Made by a program: the position numbers and the translations under genes | Source of the DNA: Eledone cirrhosa | Taxonomy: Eukaryota | NCBI GenBank assembly: GCA_964016885.1 | Contig: OZ024742.1 | Location: 319,300,001 to 319,364,000 of the forward strand | Reading direction: 5' to 3' | Length of the DNA: 64,000 bases | Part shown: in pieces, positions 37,601-48,385 of the stretch | How the letters are laid out: every line of letters begins with the position of its first letter | Numbering within the stretch: the first letter of the stretch is position 1 | The notes under the pieces: model-generated | Databases searched by the model: none | The model's input: only the letters and a program-made list of their open reading frames with translations | Told to the model about the DNA's origin: nothing

Positions 37601-40600
37601 CAGGTTTTCTACAGTTGGATGGCCCTCCTACTACCAACCATTTTACAGAGTGTACTGAATACATTTATCATGGAGATCAGCAACACTAGGAGGTTAGTCA
37701 TTATTGTGGACATATTGATTGTCAATAATTAGTCACATCAGTGTTGTACTGGTAACTTCATGCTGATCATAATTATGGTCATAGTTATTCTGTTATTAGT
37801 TGCTGAATAATAGTTATTATTGTTGTTATTGTTGTCACAGGGCAGTGGATTGGCAATATCAGTAGAGTGTCAGACACTATGCTTACGTTCTGAGTTCAAA
37901 TCCCACCGAGGTTAACTTTGCCTTTCATCCTTACGAGATCATTAAAATAAAGCACCAGTAATGCACTGGGGTAATTACTGGCCTTGTGCCAAAACTAGAA
38001 ACAGTTATTGTTATTATAGTAGTTGTGGTCTCAGTGGTTGTTGTTATTTAAGTTCTAGGTTTGCCGTTTGAGCAGAGCTAGGATCAAAGACATTCCAACG
38101 GCAATCACCCATCTATAACTACATTATCTATCTCACTTCTTCTTTAAGTTAGTAGGCATAACTACATTATCCATTTCATTTCTTCTTGATAGTGGTAGGC
38201 TGTAATTTGAAGAAGAGTTGGCTACTATTTCTAGCAGATTGAGCTATGGTGCATAGTCTTCCTGAATCAGGGTTTTGTATGTTGTATGGTTGCTTTCACT
38301 ATGTAGCCATAGTCACTAGGGTCTTGGCTACTGTGTGGTGATCAGCATCATGGTTGTGGTTGTTGTTGTCATTCATATGTAGGTTGGTGGTTTATTGAAA
38401 AAAGTTTGGCTAAATTAAGAAAAGTAAACAATGAAAAAAATCTCAGAACAATGATGATATATATTGGTTTAACACTTGATATTGTAGGAAAAGGATCTTA
38501 ACATTTCATAACGTCAATCCTTCATTGGAAGATGGAATAAGAGAGAAAAGAGAGGATATTTGAGAGAGAGAGAGAGACAAAAGTAAGAAAAGCATGTGTG
38601 TAGTTAATTAGTCATTATTATTAATCTTATTAGAGCGGTGGATTGGCAGTATCGGTAGAGGGTCGGACGCCATGCTTTCCAGCATAGTTACGTCCCTTTA
38701 CAATTTGAGTTCAAATCCCGCCGAGGTTGACTTTGCCTTTCATCCTTACGGGGTCGATAAAATAAAGTACCAGTAATGCACTGGGTATTTGCTGGCCTTG
38801 TGGTTAAAGTAGAAACAATTATTAATCTTATTAAAGTTTGAGGATTTATTTTTAACTTACTGTGTCTGTTTTTTCAACTGTTTGTTCTGTATCATCTACT
38901 GTATCATCTGATTTTGCTACTGTCTCACCAGCATGCTCACGTAACCAGTTGTCATCAGCCCAAACTGAAAAGTAGGAACACAGAATATTACATAAAAAAA
39001 ACTCAACCAATTTTTCAATATATTTTGACTCATCCTTTTAATTGCTATTAGAAATGTTCATACATTTTATTCAAAACTTATTTGTCATCTTACAAAGCAA
39101 CTTTCAAAATGGACATTTAAAAGAGATTTGATATAAATAGTGTATTTTCCCAAGGCAAGGTTCCATATATAACTTGCCTCTGCCAGCTCTGGTAAAATTG
39201 TTATACTATTTCTAGGTCACATGTAAGTGATAAGCCAGTACACTCTGTAAAGTGATAGTGCTGGTGTCACGATAAAACACACGCAGTACATTCTATAAAG
39301 TGATAGTGCTGGTGCCAAAATAAAATACACCCAGTACATGCAGTAAAGTGATAGTGTTGATGACACAATAAAACACACCCAGTAAAGTGATAATGCTGGT
39401 GCAACAATAAAACGCAACCAGTAGACGCTGTACACCCAATACAATCTGTCAAGTAGTAGTGCTGGTGCCGCAATAAAATGCACCCAGTACATACTGTAAA
39501 GTGGTTAACATTAAAAAAGGCACCCAGTGATAGAAACTACATAACAACTAAATTTACATTTTGATAAGACTTGTGAAAAACTAAAATGCTAGTTTCAAAT
39601 AATAAACAATGTTTTATTATTTATTGATATATATGGAAAACAGTGAAGAGTGGATTGAAATACAAGGAAGCTAGAAACATTAGACAGTAGGTGGTGGTGG
39701 TGGCTATATATATTATATCAATAAATAATAAATATAATTTATAATTGAAAACTAATGTTTAGACAATGTCTTTTGATGGAAGGTTTCCAGAAAATTGTCA
39801 TATCAGTATTAGTGATATGCATTGACCAGAGAAGTTGGTTAATGTTTACTTACCTGGTTTCATTGAACCTTCTTTGATTTTCATTGGCTTAGCAAGGTTT
39901 ACACGGATGGTGCGACCAAACAGCTCTGAATCATTCTATATCAGACAATAAAAGGAAATATTTTGACTAAGTACATGTCTGTTGTTTTTGAAAGGAAGGA
40001 GTATAATGAAATAAATCATCCACATGATATTACTGGTATAAAAGGTTCAATAGACCCTAGCAGGATTTGAATTATGAACATAGAAAAACAAACCATTACA
40101 ATTACATGTTATTGATTAGACCTGTTTAGATCAATCTAGAATTTTAGCAAGGTGGCTGGGCCCCCAAGAAATATTTTGCTAGGCAAAACAAGACTGCTCT
40201 CGGCTCCCTCTCAAAATTCAAGGAAGATGGTATTCCTTTCTTTTGGGGAGTAGGCGATGAGAGTCATCGGATATTCACAGCTCCTTCTCCTTAGCTTTCT
40301 TGACTTAAAACCAATGTACCTGCTGAATGAAGAATTAAATATCTAGTGGTGACAAATAGATCCAACAAAGCAGTTAGATCTTTGCTAATTTAGTTTCTAA
40401 AAAGAATTTTACAATAGGCACAGATATGGCTGAGTGCTAAAGAGTTTGTTTTGCAACCACATGGTGTTAGGTTCAGTCCCGCTGTGTGGCACCTTGAGCA
40501 AGAGTGTCTTCTGGTATAGCCTGGACAGAAACTACAGAAGCCTGTTGCATAAATACACAGTTGGTGAAAGTTTGAGTCCCATAGACAATGCTGTCCACTA

Positions 40601-43600
40601 TAGCCTTGACTGAAACTACATTTGCCTAGCAAATGTGAGTTTGAGTCCCATAGGCAACACTGTCTACTTTTTTCTATCTCTAAGGGTTTATATAACCAAC
40701 TTGCTCAACTATTTTTCTTAGTACAGATCCTATGCTGAAGCAGTTAACGTTAAGCTAACATTCTGAAATTCATATTAAACGGTGATGATATGTTTATCCA
40801 TGTCTGTATTTACATCCCCTAACTTAGCGGTTCACCATAAAAGAGAAAAAAGAGAAATAGAAAACACAAGTATTGGACTAATATAATTGACTAAATCCCT
40901 TTAACCTTTTAGCATTTAAACCGGCCATATCCGGCCAACATTCTTTCACCTCTTTCTGTTCAAACTAGTCATAACCGGCTGCTCATACTGATGTTAAGGT
41001 ATTGTTCTCAAAATAAATAATATCAAAATCTCATAGATTTGATATTATGTGAAATAATTCTGCGAGATAAAGCCTTTTAGGTGAAAATACAATAGTACAC
41101 TGTACACAATAATTTCATTATTATTATTTTAAATATAGAGTAATGTGAATGCTAAAGGGTTAAGGCAGTACCTTAGCATGCCTATGGTTAGACTGAAACC
41201 AGTAAAAGAAAGAATAAGAAAGTAAAAAAATAACACATTGTCTCCTACTGTGGTTGATTCTATACAGTTGAGTAATTTGGTTGTCAATTCATATTACAAG
41301 TTCATTTCCCCCTACAGCAATTTTACTATGTTAGAAGTGCATAGTAAATGTTGGATTTTTACAATTTTCTGAGACTAGAATTTTTTCAACATACTGACAT
41401 GTGTGTGCTTGTGTGTATGTGCATATGCATACATTTATATGTATGAGTATATAAATATAAACGCACAAACACTGACACACTTACAAGAATACATTCACAC
41501 AAACACACACACATACATTTACACAGTGTAGCAAATGAACGCCAACCGCTGTTTTGCTGCCGTAGCCATATTAATATAGTATACTAATTGTGTTTACTTG
41601 GGTTGCTTTATTATAAATAGAACTCACCATGTTATCAATTGCTGCAGCTGCATCCTGGAAAGGAAATCAAAAGAGATATTATGTAGGGATACATGTGTGT
41701 CTTATATACATCCACAATTTTTATATTACCTTGTCAAACTCAATTCATTGTGAAATAAAGTATTAGTCTAAGATATTAATTTAATCACTATAAATGACCT
41801 GGTTAGCCTCATAATACAATAACTCATCCAACTCATATAAGCAAAGTGTTGTATTCCACCAATTTATTAGTTTCCTATAAGAGCCGATTGGGTCACAATT
41901 TTGATCCCTCTTACATTCTAGAGATATGGTCAATATTGGGCCTTGAAACCTTAGGTAGTGCTTTTGTTCCTTGTATGAACATAAATAAATAATATTATAT
42001 ATATATGCTCCATCGTCCACTTTTCTAAAAAAAGTATAACATACACAAAATGCCAGCATCAACAGTTTTCCAAGAGATGCCATCTACATTATATACACTC
42101 CATTGTAATGTCATCTACATTATACACACACCATTGTAATGTCATCTACATTATACACACCATTGTAGTGTCATCTACATTATATACACTCCATTGTAGT
42201 GTCATCTACATTATATACACACCATTGTAATGCCATCTACATTATATACACTCCATTGTAGTGTCATCTACATTATATACACTCCATTGTAATGCCATCT
42301 ACATTATATACACTCCATTGTAGTGTCATCTACATTATATACACACCATTATAATGTCATCTACATTATATACACACCATTGTAGTGTCATCTACATTAT
42401 ATACACACCATTGTAGTGTCATCTACATTATATACACACCATTGTAGTGTCATCTACATTATATACACACCATTGTAATGCCATCTACATTATATACACT
42501 CCATTGTAATGTCATCTACATTATATACACACCATTGTAATGTCATCTACATTATACACACACCATTATAATGTCATCTACATTATATACACACCATTGT
42601 AGTGTCATCTACATTATATACACTCCATTGTAGTGTCATCTACATTATATACACTCCATTGTAATGTCATCTACATTATACACACACCATTGTAATGTCA
42701 TCTACATTATATACACACCATTATAATGTCATCTACATTATATACACACCATTATAGTGTCATCTACATTATATACACTCCATTGTAGTGTCATCTACAT
42801 TATATACACACCATTGTAATGTCATCTACATTATATACTCACCATTGTAATGTCATCTACATTATATACACACCATTGTAATGTCATCTACATTATACAC
42901 ACACCATTGTAATGTCATCTTCATTATATACACTCCATTATATACACACCATTATAATGCCATCTATATTATATACACTCCATTGTAATGTCATCTACAT
43001 TATATACACACTATTATAATGCCATCTACATTATATACACACCATTATAATGTCATCTACATTATATACACACCATTGTAGTGTCATCTACATTATATAC
43101 ACTCTATTGTAGTGTCATCTACATTATATACACACCATTGTAGTATCATCTACATTATATACACACCATTGTAGTGTCATCTACATTATATACACTCCAT
43201 TATAGTGTCATCTACATTATATACACACTATTGTAATGCCATCTACATTATATACACTCCATTGTAGTGTCATCTATATTATATACACACCATTGTAGTG
43301 TCATCTACATTATATACACTCCTTTGTAGTGTCATCTACATTATACACACACCATTATAATGTCATCTACATTATATACACACCATTATAGTGTCATCTA
43401 CATTATACACACTCCATTGTAGTGTCATCTACATTATATACACACCATTGTAATGCCATCTACATTATATACACACCATTGTAGTGTCATCTACATTATA
43501 TACACATCATTGTAATGTCATCTACATTATATACACACCATTGTAATGTCATCTACATTATATACACACCATTGTAATGTCATCTACATTATACACACAC

Positions 43601-46600
43601 CATTGTAATGTCATCTTCATTATATACACACTATTATAATGCCATCTATATTATATACACTCCATTGTAATGTCATCTACATTATATACACACTATTATA
43701 ATGCCATCTACATTATATACACACCATTATAATGTCATCTACATTATATACACACCATTGTAGTGTCATCTACATTATATACACTCCATTGTAGTGTCAT
43801 CTACATTATATACACACCATTGTAGTGTCATCTACATTATATACACTCCATTGTAGTGTCATCTACATTATATACACACCATTGTAGTGTCATCTACATT
43901 ATATACACACCATTGTAGTGTCATCTACATTATATACACTCCATTGTAGTGTCATCTACATTATATACACACCATTGTAGTGTCATCTACATTATATACA
44001 CACCATTGTAGTGTCATCTACATTATATACACTCCATTGTAGTGTCATCTACATTATATACACACTATTGTAATGCCATCTACATTATATACACTCCATT
44101 GTAGTGTCATCTATATTATATACACACCATTGTAGTGTCATCTACATTATATACACTCCTTTGTAGTGTTATCTATATTATAAACCCTCCATTGTAATTT
44201 TATACATTACTAGACCACCCGTGACGCGTCGGGTCACGTACACTTCAAAATATCTTTTAAAAATCATGTTCACTTGAAAATAATTTTTAAATAATTAAAA
44301 TATACACAGACTATATATAATGTGAAATGAAACTGGAAGGCCCATATATATATACATGTGTGTATGTATATATATAAATGTGTGTATACATGTGTGCATA
44401 TATATATATATGTGGGTGTCTGTGATCTAGATACACTGGTCAGACACACATACACTCACATATATACACACAACACCACCATCTCTCTTCCATTCTCCTT
44501 CTCTGTCTCCTCTCCCTCTCTCTATGTCTCTCTTTCAATCTACTCTCTCACAACCACTATCTCTTCTCTCTCTCTCTGTTTATGAAGGTACCCAGAAAAC
44601 CCCCATATCTTTGGAACCTGTGTACCAATTTATGCGAAACTTGTTTTATTTCATTTGTATTCCCATTTCAGGGTCAACTTCCTTTCAAAGTATTTTCCCA
44701 TTATGCGCCCTTTTGGCTGTATTATATTACAGACAAGCAAGCAAGCAATCACAGACTTTTAGTATTATATAGATATACATACCATTATAATGTCATCTAC
44801 ATTATAAAACCTCCTTTGTCATTTTATACATTATAAACTATCAGTTTTAGTCACATACTACTTGTATATAATAAATAATATGGTACATTACATAATTGTT
44901 TCTACTTTAGGCACAAGGCCAACAATTACCCAGTACATTACTGGTACTTTATTTTATCGACCCTGTAAGGATGAAAGGCAAAGTTAACCTCGGCGGGATT
45001 TGAACTCAGACTGTAAAGGGACGTAACTATGCTAGAAAACATGGCGTCCAACCCTCTACCGATACTGCCAATTCACCGCCCTGATGGTACATTACATAAT
45101 GAAAGAACATTTGATTTAGATTTTATCACAAACTTCTAACTGAATGATATGGTACATTACATAACAAAAAACACTTGACTTGGGTTTTATCACATAAACT
45201 ACTAAATCAATTAATGTGGGAAATGAAACTTACTTCTGGAGCTTCAAATTCAACAAAAGCAAATCCACGGTGTTTTTCTGTCAAAATAAATTCATAGAGA
45301 AACGTATAGTTAGATTATATACATATAATCCTCATCATTTTAACACTGATTTTACTATATTGACATAGGTTGGACAAGAAATATTATTTCTCCATGTATC
45401 TCATTTGTTGGAGCCAGAATTCTCAATTTTTACAAAATTTCTTTTCTTTGCTCTGCTGCTAATGCACATACCTTCTACAAATTAAGTTACATTTTTTAAA
45501 ATGCGCATATATTATCCATTTGTATAACATCACCATTCTTGAATAACCATATCTCTTACACATAGTAAAACAACTTTATTTGAATTATATTAAAAGTATA
45601 TTGAAATCATTCAAATTACAAAAAAAAAAAGGGTTAATAGGATAAGTTAAAGTTCTAATCTTGGTATACTCACAAATGTGTCACAATCTTATGTTTACAA
45701 TAAATAAAATAGGTGAGTTACTTACCAGTTTCATAATCAAGAGGAATTTGAATATAAACAATATCACCAAATGGAATGAAAGCAGCTTGTAATATCTTTT
45801 CATCTACTTCCTCAGCCAAACCACCTAGAATAGAAAGAGTATTAGAGTAGAGATTGGGTGAAAAGATGGTTTCATTGTTTAGCCCTGTGTCAGTTCTGAT
45901 TGAGCAGACCTATGATTAAAGGTGTTTCAGCTGTGAAAATGTTTTGTTTTTTTTCCTCGCAAGGCATAACTATGTGGTTAAGCAACTTGCTTCACAACAC
46001 TATGGTTCTAAGTCCCATTCCTGTGTATCACCATGGCAAGTGAATTCTGATGCAATTAGAGATTGACTAATGCATTGTCAGTAGAATTTGGTCAACAGAA
46101 ATTATGCAAAAGCCCATCACATATATATAACTGTTAAGTTGTGTTCCTTTATGTCAAAAAGGTAAATTAGTTATTCAACAACAAACAAACGTATTTAGAC
46201 TGGAGAGAGTCTCCAGACATTTTCACCTATACCCTTTATTAACACACATAATTTCACTGTTCCTATATCTGACCATTCTAATCTGGCCAACATTTTAAGT
46301 AAATATGCTTTGCTGAAGAGATCTAATAAGATAGAAATGTGTCAGTTGCATCCACCAAGTTGGCTTATAAATAAGGTGCACTTATTAATAACTGCATTTT
46401 TCTTTCAAGGGATTATATTGAAAAACAAACCTCATTTGGTTATTCCATGAGTATCTTGTTCAGCCGACCATCATATATATATATCTATATATATTTATAG
46501 AAGTAGTTCCACAACAGTTAGTTCACCATACCAAAAACAAATGTTTCACCTTATTCGGATCCTCAGCTCGGTCTAAATATATATATATAGAAATAACTTC

Positions 46601-48344
46601 TACAGGACTAGAAACTGTTTCATTCAAAGGAAATCATCAGGAAAGATGATTTCCTTTGAATGAAACAGTTCTAGTCCTGTAGAAGCCATTTCTATATTAA
46701 ATCTTGTAAATACTCTATGTATTGAGTACCTTACTTACTATGGTTACCCCTGATTGAACCCAGGATTCACACACACATACACATATATATATGAGATGGA
46801 ACACCTTTGATTATAGGTATGCTCAGTCAGCGTTGACCAAGGGCTAAACAACAACACTTGGATATAGTTATTCACCTTATAACAGCGATGCTGCTGCTTT
46901 AACAGAATACGGTTCAAACCCCACATAGTAAAAGATAAGTTTTGAATAGCTAACATGAAATATAATTTACCTGATAAATAGCTGTTTCTAATTTTGGTAC
47001 AAAGCCAGCAATTAATCCAGTGCATTACTGGTGCTCTATTTTATTGACCCCGTAAGGATGAAAGGCAAAGCTAACCTCGGTGGGATTTGAACTCAGACCG
47101 TAAAGGGCTATAACTCGATGCTGCAAAGTATGGTGTCCGACCCTCCATAAGCAAAAACTATAAAAGTATCAACATTTCAAATTCTGTTATATCTTTTACT
47201 GTGGATTGTTTTTGTCCGGTAAGGGTGGGAGTTTTGTCATGGACTTTTTATTAACTGACTGACCATAAATAATAACAAGACGGACAAAATAAGTGCATTT
47301 TTTTTTTATTCACAGAAATAGATATTTAATCACATTTATAAACTAGTTAAATATGTGAAGGAGATTTAAGATATATTTTAATAACTTCCCGCGTAATCCC
47401 TGTTCGACTTTATTATTATGTACTGGCTGATCCTGAATGCTTTTTGTCGTTGGAGGTCGATAAATAAAATACTAATTAAGTATTGCAGTTCAATGTATAT
47501 TTTTATAAGGCATTCTGGATTTAAATAGAGTTATAGTAAAAAAACGGAAACCTGAAAAAGTCCATAATAAAATAAAATCAAACAAAAACAGCTGCCCTAT
47601 TGACGATCGGCGTTGTCATGGGTAGGTAGTAAACAAAACATACCAAATATATCCAAAACAGCTAATTTTTATTCTCTCGAGGAAGATATATACGATTTCT
47701 TCTTCTGAAAACTAGTGCTAATTCAAAAAAAATATATATATAAGACCAGCGGGAGTACAGTAGATAAGGTACAGTTTCAAAAAAAAAAGCACGTGTTGTC
47801 CCAGCTTGACTGCGAAATATTTGTGCAAATAAAATTTTGATATTTTCTTATAGAAATTGTTTAAGCATACTGCACTTAATTTTTTTTTAAGAGAAAAAAA
47901 GAGTGTTCATGAAATCAAATACAATTTTCGGGCGCTTACTTGTAGATGTATAGAATTCGAACCGCTAGAGAACCTTAACATGGTCGCTGCTAGAAGTAGC
48001 AGCCAGATATCCCTCAAACTACACCCTACTAACTTCCAAATAAGAAATGAAATAGACATATGACGTCGGTTTTACATGTCGTATATACTGTTGTCAGGAG
48101 TTCTAGAGTTTTAAGTGAAATGATATGTCAATAACCGGAAAACAAAACTGGATTGTGTACACTCGTATACACGATCGTGTAATTAGGAGTAAAATCTACT
48201 CTAGGGTGCATACGCCACCCAAGTGAAATGGGTAATTATTTTTAGTCATAGCTTCCGAAATGGATTTAATTAGTATTTACTATAACCGATTGCATTGGTA
48301 TTAGAATACTTACCCACATATACAACACGTTTATTTGTCGCCAT
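25602..48344 (-). CDS. PPIE: Peptidyl-prolyl cis-trans isomerase E (cyclophilin-33), 305 aa; complement join(48344-48314,45824-45726,45277-45234,41654-41628,39935-39854,38964-38861,37074-36945,35587-35508,33485-33380,31576-31501,30274-30208,25673-25602)
   Basis: Twelve exons sum to 918 nt with no internal stop. N-terminal RRM ([20 protein letters not shown]...[10 protein letters not shown]...[26 protein letters not shown]) plus cyclophilin domain (NPQVYFDI...PKTAENFR..C..EKGFGY...[15 protein letters not shown]...[15 protein letters not shown]...[10 protein letters not shown]). Confidence 0.97.
26738..27375 (-). mobile_element. Non-autonomous Helitron
   Basis: On minus: A|TCTATATATATAAAA ... 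GC-rich hairpin cctgtgcaacgccgggt ... CTAG|T; three internal repeats anchored on cctaatgcgggccctagg. Confidence 0.8.
27595..28882 (-). mobile_element. Non-autonomous Helitron(s) carrying the 27-bp minisatellite
   Basis: TCTATATTAATAAAG 5' end at 28882; CTAG 3' end at 27595; inner end at ~27651 matches the 50699 element. Confidence 0.6.
27744..28669. repeat. 27-bp minisatellite (GTATTACTGTTGAAAATATATAGTACR)n, about 34 units
   Basis: Direct reading; gives the VLLLKIYST / YYIFSTVIP repeat ORFs. Confidence 0.97.
30208..30274 (-). CDS. PPIE: PPIE exon 11
   Basis: [22 protein letters not shown]; ttctctag / GTAAAT. Confidence 0.95.
30467..30502 (-). ncRNA. Minimal type I hammerhead ribozyme motif (Penelope-like element pLTR type)
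   Basis: UUUU-CUGAUGA-A-GGAC[UAAC]GUCU-GAAA-CG-UU-AAGG; degenerate sister copy at 38495-38533 with homologous flanks. Confidence 0.6.
31147..31374. mobile_element. TTAA-flanked MITE, piggyBac-like (family A); copies at 1-179 (partial), 30695-30922, 40901-41163
   Basis: TIR TTAACCCTTTAGCATTT...AAATGCTAAAGGGTTAA, about 228 bp, non-coding. Confidence 0.85.
31501..31576 (-). CDS. PPIE: PPIE exon 10
   Basis: [26 protein letters not shown]; ctttgcag / GTATGT. Confidence 0.95.
32383..32612. mobile_element. TTAA-flanked MITE (family B); related copies at 16979-17237, 17860-18809, 36414-36659, ~24960-25200, ~5107-5300, ~61430-61600
   Basis: ttaa.cctttt.ttaccatatttc ... ggtatcaaaagggttaa termini. 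Confidence 0.75.
33380..33485 (-). CDS. PPIE: PPIE exon 9
   Basis: [35 protein letters not shown]; donor GTAAGT. Confidence 0.95.
33486..35507 (-). other. U12-type (minor spliceosome) GT-AG intron, PPIE intron 8
   Basis: 5' splice site GTATCCTTTC (35507-35498); branch site TCCTTAAC (33503-33496) about 10 nt before the AG; no pyrimidine tract. Confidence 0.9.
34484..35312 (+). mobile_element. 5'-truncated RTE LINE (PHD-like finger, thumb, (TGA)n tail) inside the U12 intron
   Basis: WSCSICRKG...CMQC...HKRC...[25 protein letters not shown]; tail gacgtaaaatgatgatgatg. Confidence 0.9.
35508..35587 (-). CDS. PPIE: PPIE exon 8
   Basis: [27 protein letters not shown]; U12-type donor GTATCCTTT. Confidence 0.95.
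36945..37074 (-). CDS. PPIE: PPIE exon 7
   Basis: [23 protein letters not shown]...DIVPKTA; cttttag / GTAACA. Confidence 0.95.
37290..37550. repeat. Diverged 50-58-bp tandem repeat in a SINE linker
   Basis: gggagct..catca..cttgcata....cc.cactctaccaagtgctcagatg, about 5 copies. Confidence 0.7.
38633..38817 (+). mobile_element. Young tRNA-headed Meta-domain-like SINE with 16-bp TSD
   Basis: Core gactttgcctttcatccttacggggtcgataaaataaagtaccag; TSD attattaatcttatta at 38617-38632 and 38818-38833. Other copies: 19170-19380, 19395-19610, 37841-38005 (+); 47010-47145, 16200-16620 (-). Confidence 0.85.
38861..38964 (-). CDS. PPIE: PPIE exon 6
   Basis: [15 protein letters not shown]...; ttttcag / GTAAGT. 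Confidence 0.93.
39854..39935 (-). CDS. PPIE: PPIE exon 5
   Basis: [27 protein letters not shown]; tatag / GTAAGT. Confidence 0.95.
40425..40550 (+). mobile_element. OR2-like tRNA/CORE SINE; related copies near 280-400, 35822-35945, 45963-46115, 55975-56090
   Basis: Shared caaccacatgg..ggttcagtccc..ggcaccttg.gcaag.gtcttct.ctatagcc. Confidence 0.65.
41628..41654 (-). CDS. PPIE: PPIE exon 4 (27-nt micro-exon)
   Basis: DAAAAIDNM; cctttccag / GTGAGT. Confidence 0.92.
42077..44200. repeat. 31-bp minisatellite (GTCATCTACATTATATACACWCCATTGTART)n, about 68 units
   Basis: Direct reading; degenerate unit continues at 44774-44835. Confidence 0.97.
44210..44773 (-). mobile_element. Non-autonomous Helitron
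   Basis: A|TCTATATAATACTAAAAG 5' end, acccgacgcgtcacgggt hairpin, CTAG|T 3' end. Confidence 0.8.
44897..45083 (-). mobile_element. Young Meta-domain-like SINE with 17-bp TSD
   Basis: Roughly 90% identical by eye to the reverse complement of 38633-38817; TSD atggtacattacataat at 44880-44896 and 45084-45100. Confidence 0.85.
45234..45277 (-). CDS. PPIE: PPIE exon 3
   Basis: [15 protein letters not shown] (RNP1); tttgacag / GTAAGT. Confidence 0.95.
45726..45824 (-). CDS. PPIE: PPIE exon 2
   Basis: [33 protein letters not shown]; ttctag / GTAAGT. Confidence 0.95.
46585..46697. repeat. Near-perfect ~53-bp inverted repeat with a 6-nt loop
   Basis: Arms 46585-46638 and 46645-46697 differ by two substitutions and one indel. 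Confidence 0.95.
48314..48344 (-). CDS. PPIE: PPIE exon 1 ([10 protein letters not shown])
   Basis: ATG at 48344, donor GTAAGT. Confidence 0.93.
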
Positions 48345-48385
48345 TTTGCTAATCAGATATCACGTGACTTTGTCGCCGGCATTCC
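48337..48385 (-). promoter_or_regulatory. PPIE proximal promoter / 5' UTR motifs (YY1 site over the ATG, E-box)
   Basis: CAAAATGGCGAC (YY1 consensus overlapping the start codon) and GTCACGTGA E-box at 48360-48368; locally CpG-richer. Confidence 0.5.

Noticed and set aside
41628-41654. 27-nt micro-exon as a novelty
   Set aside because: Encodes a core RRM helix; as I recall vertebrate PPIE has an equivalent short exon, so it is probably ancestral
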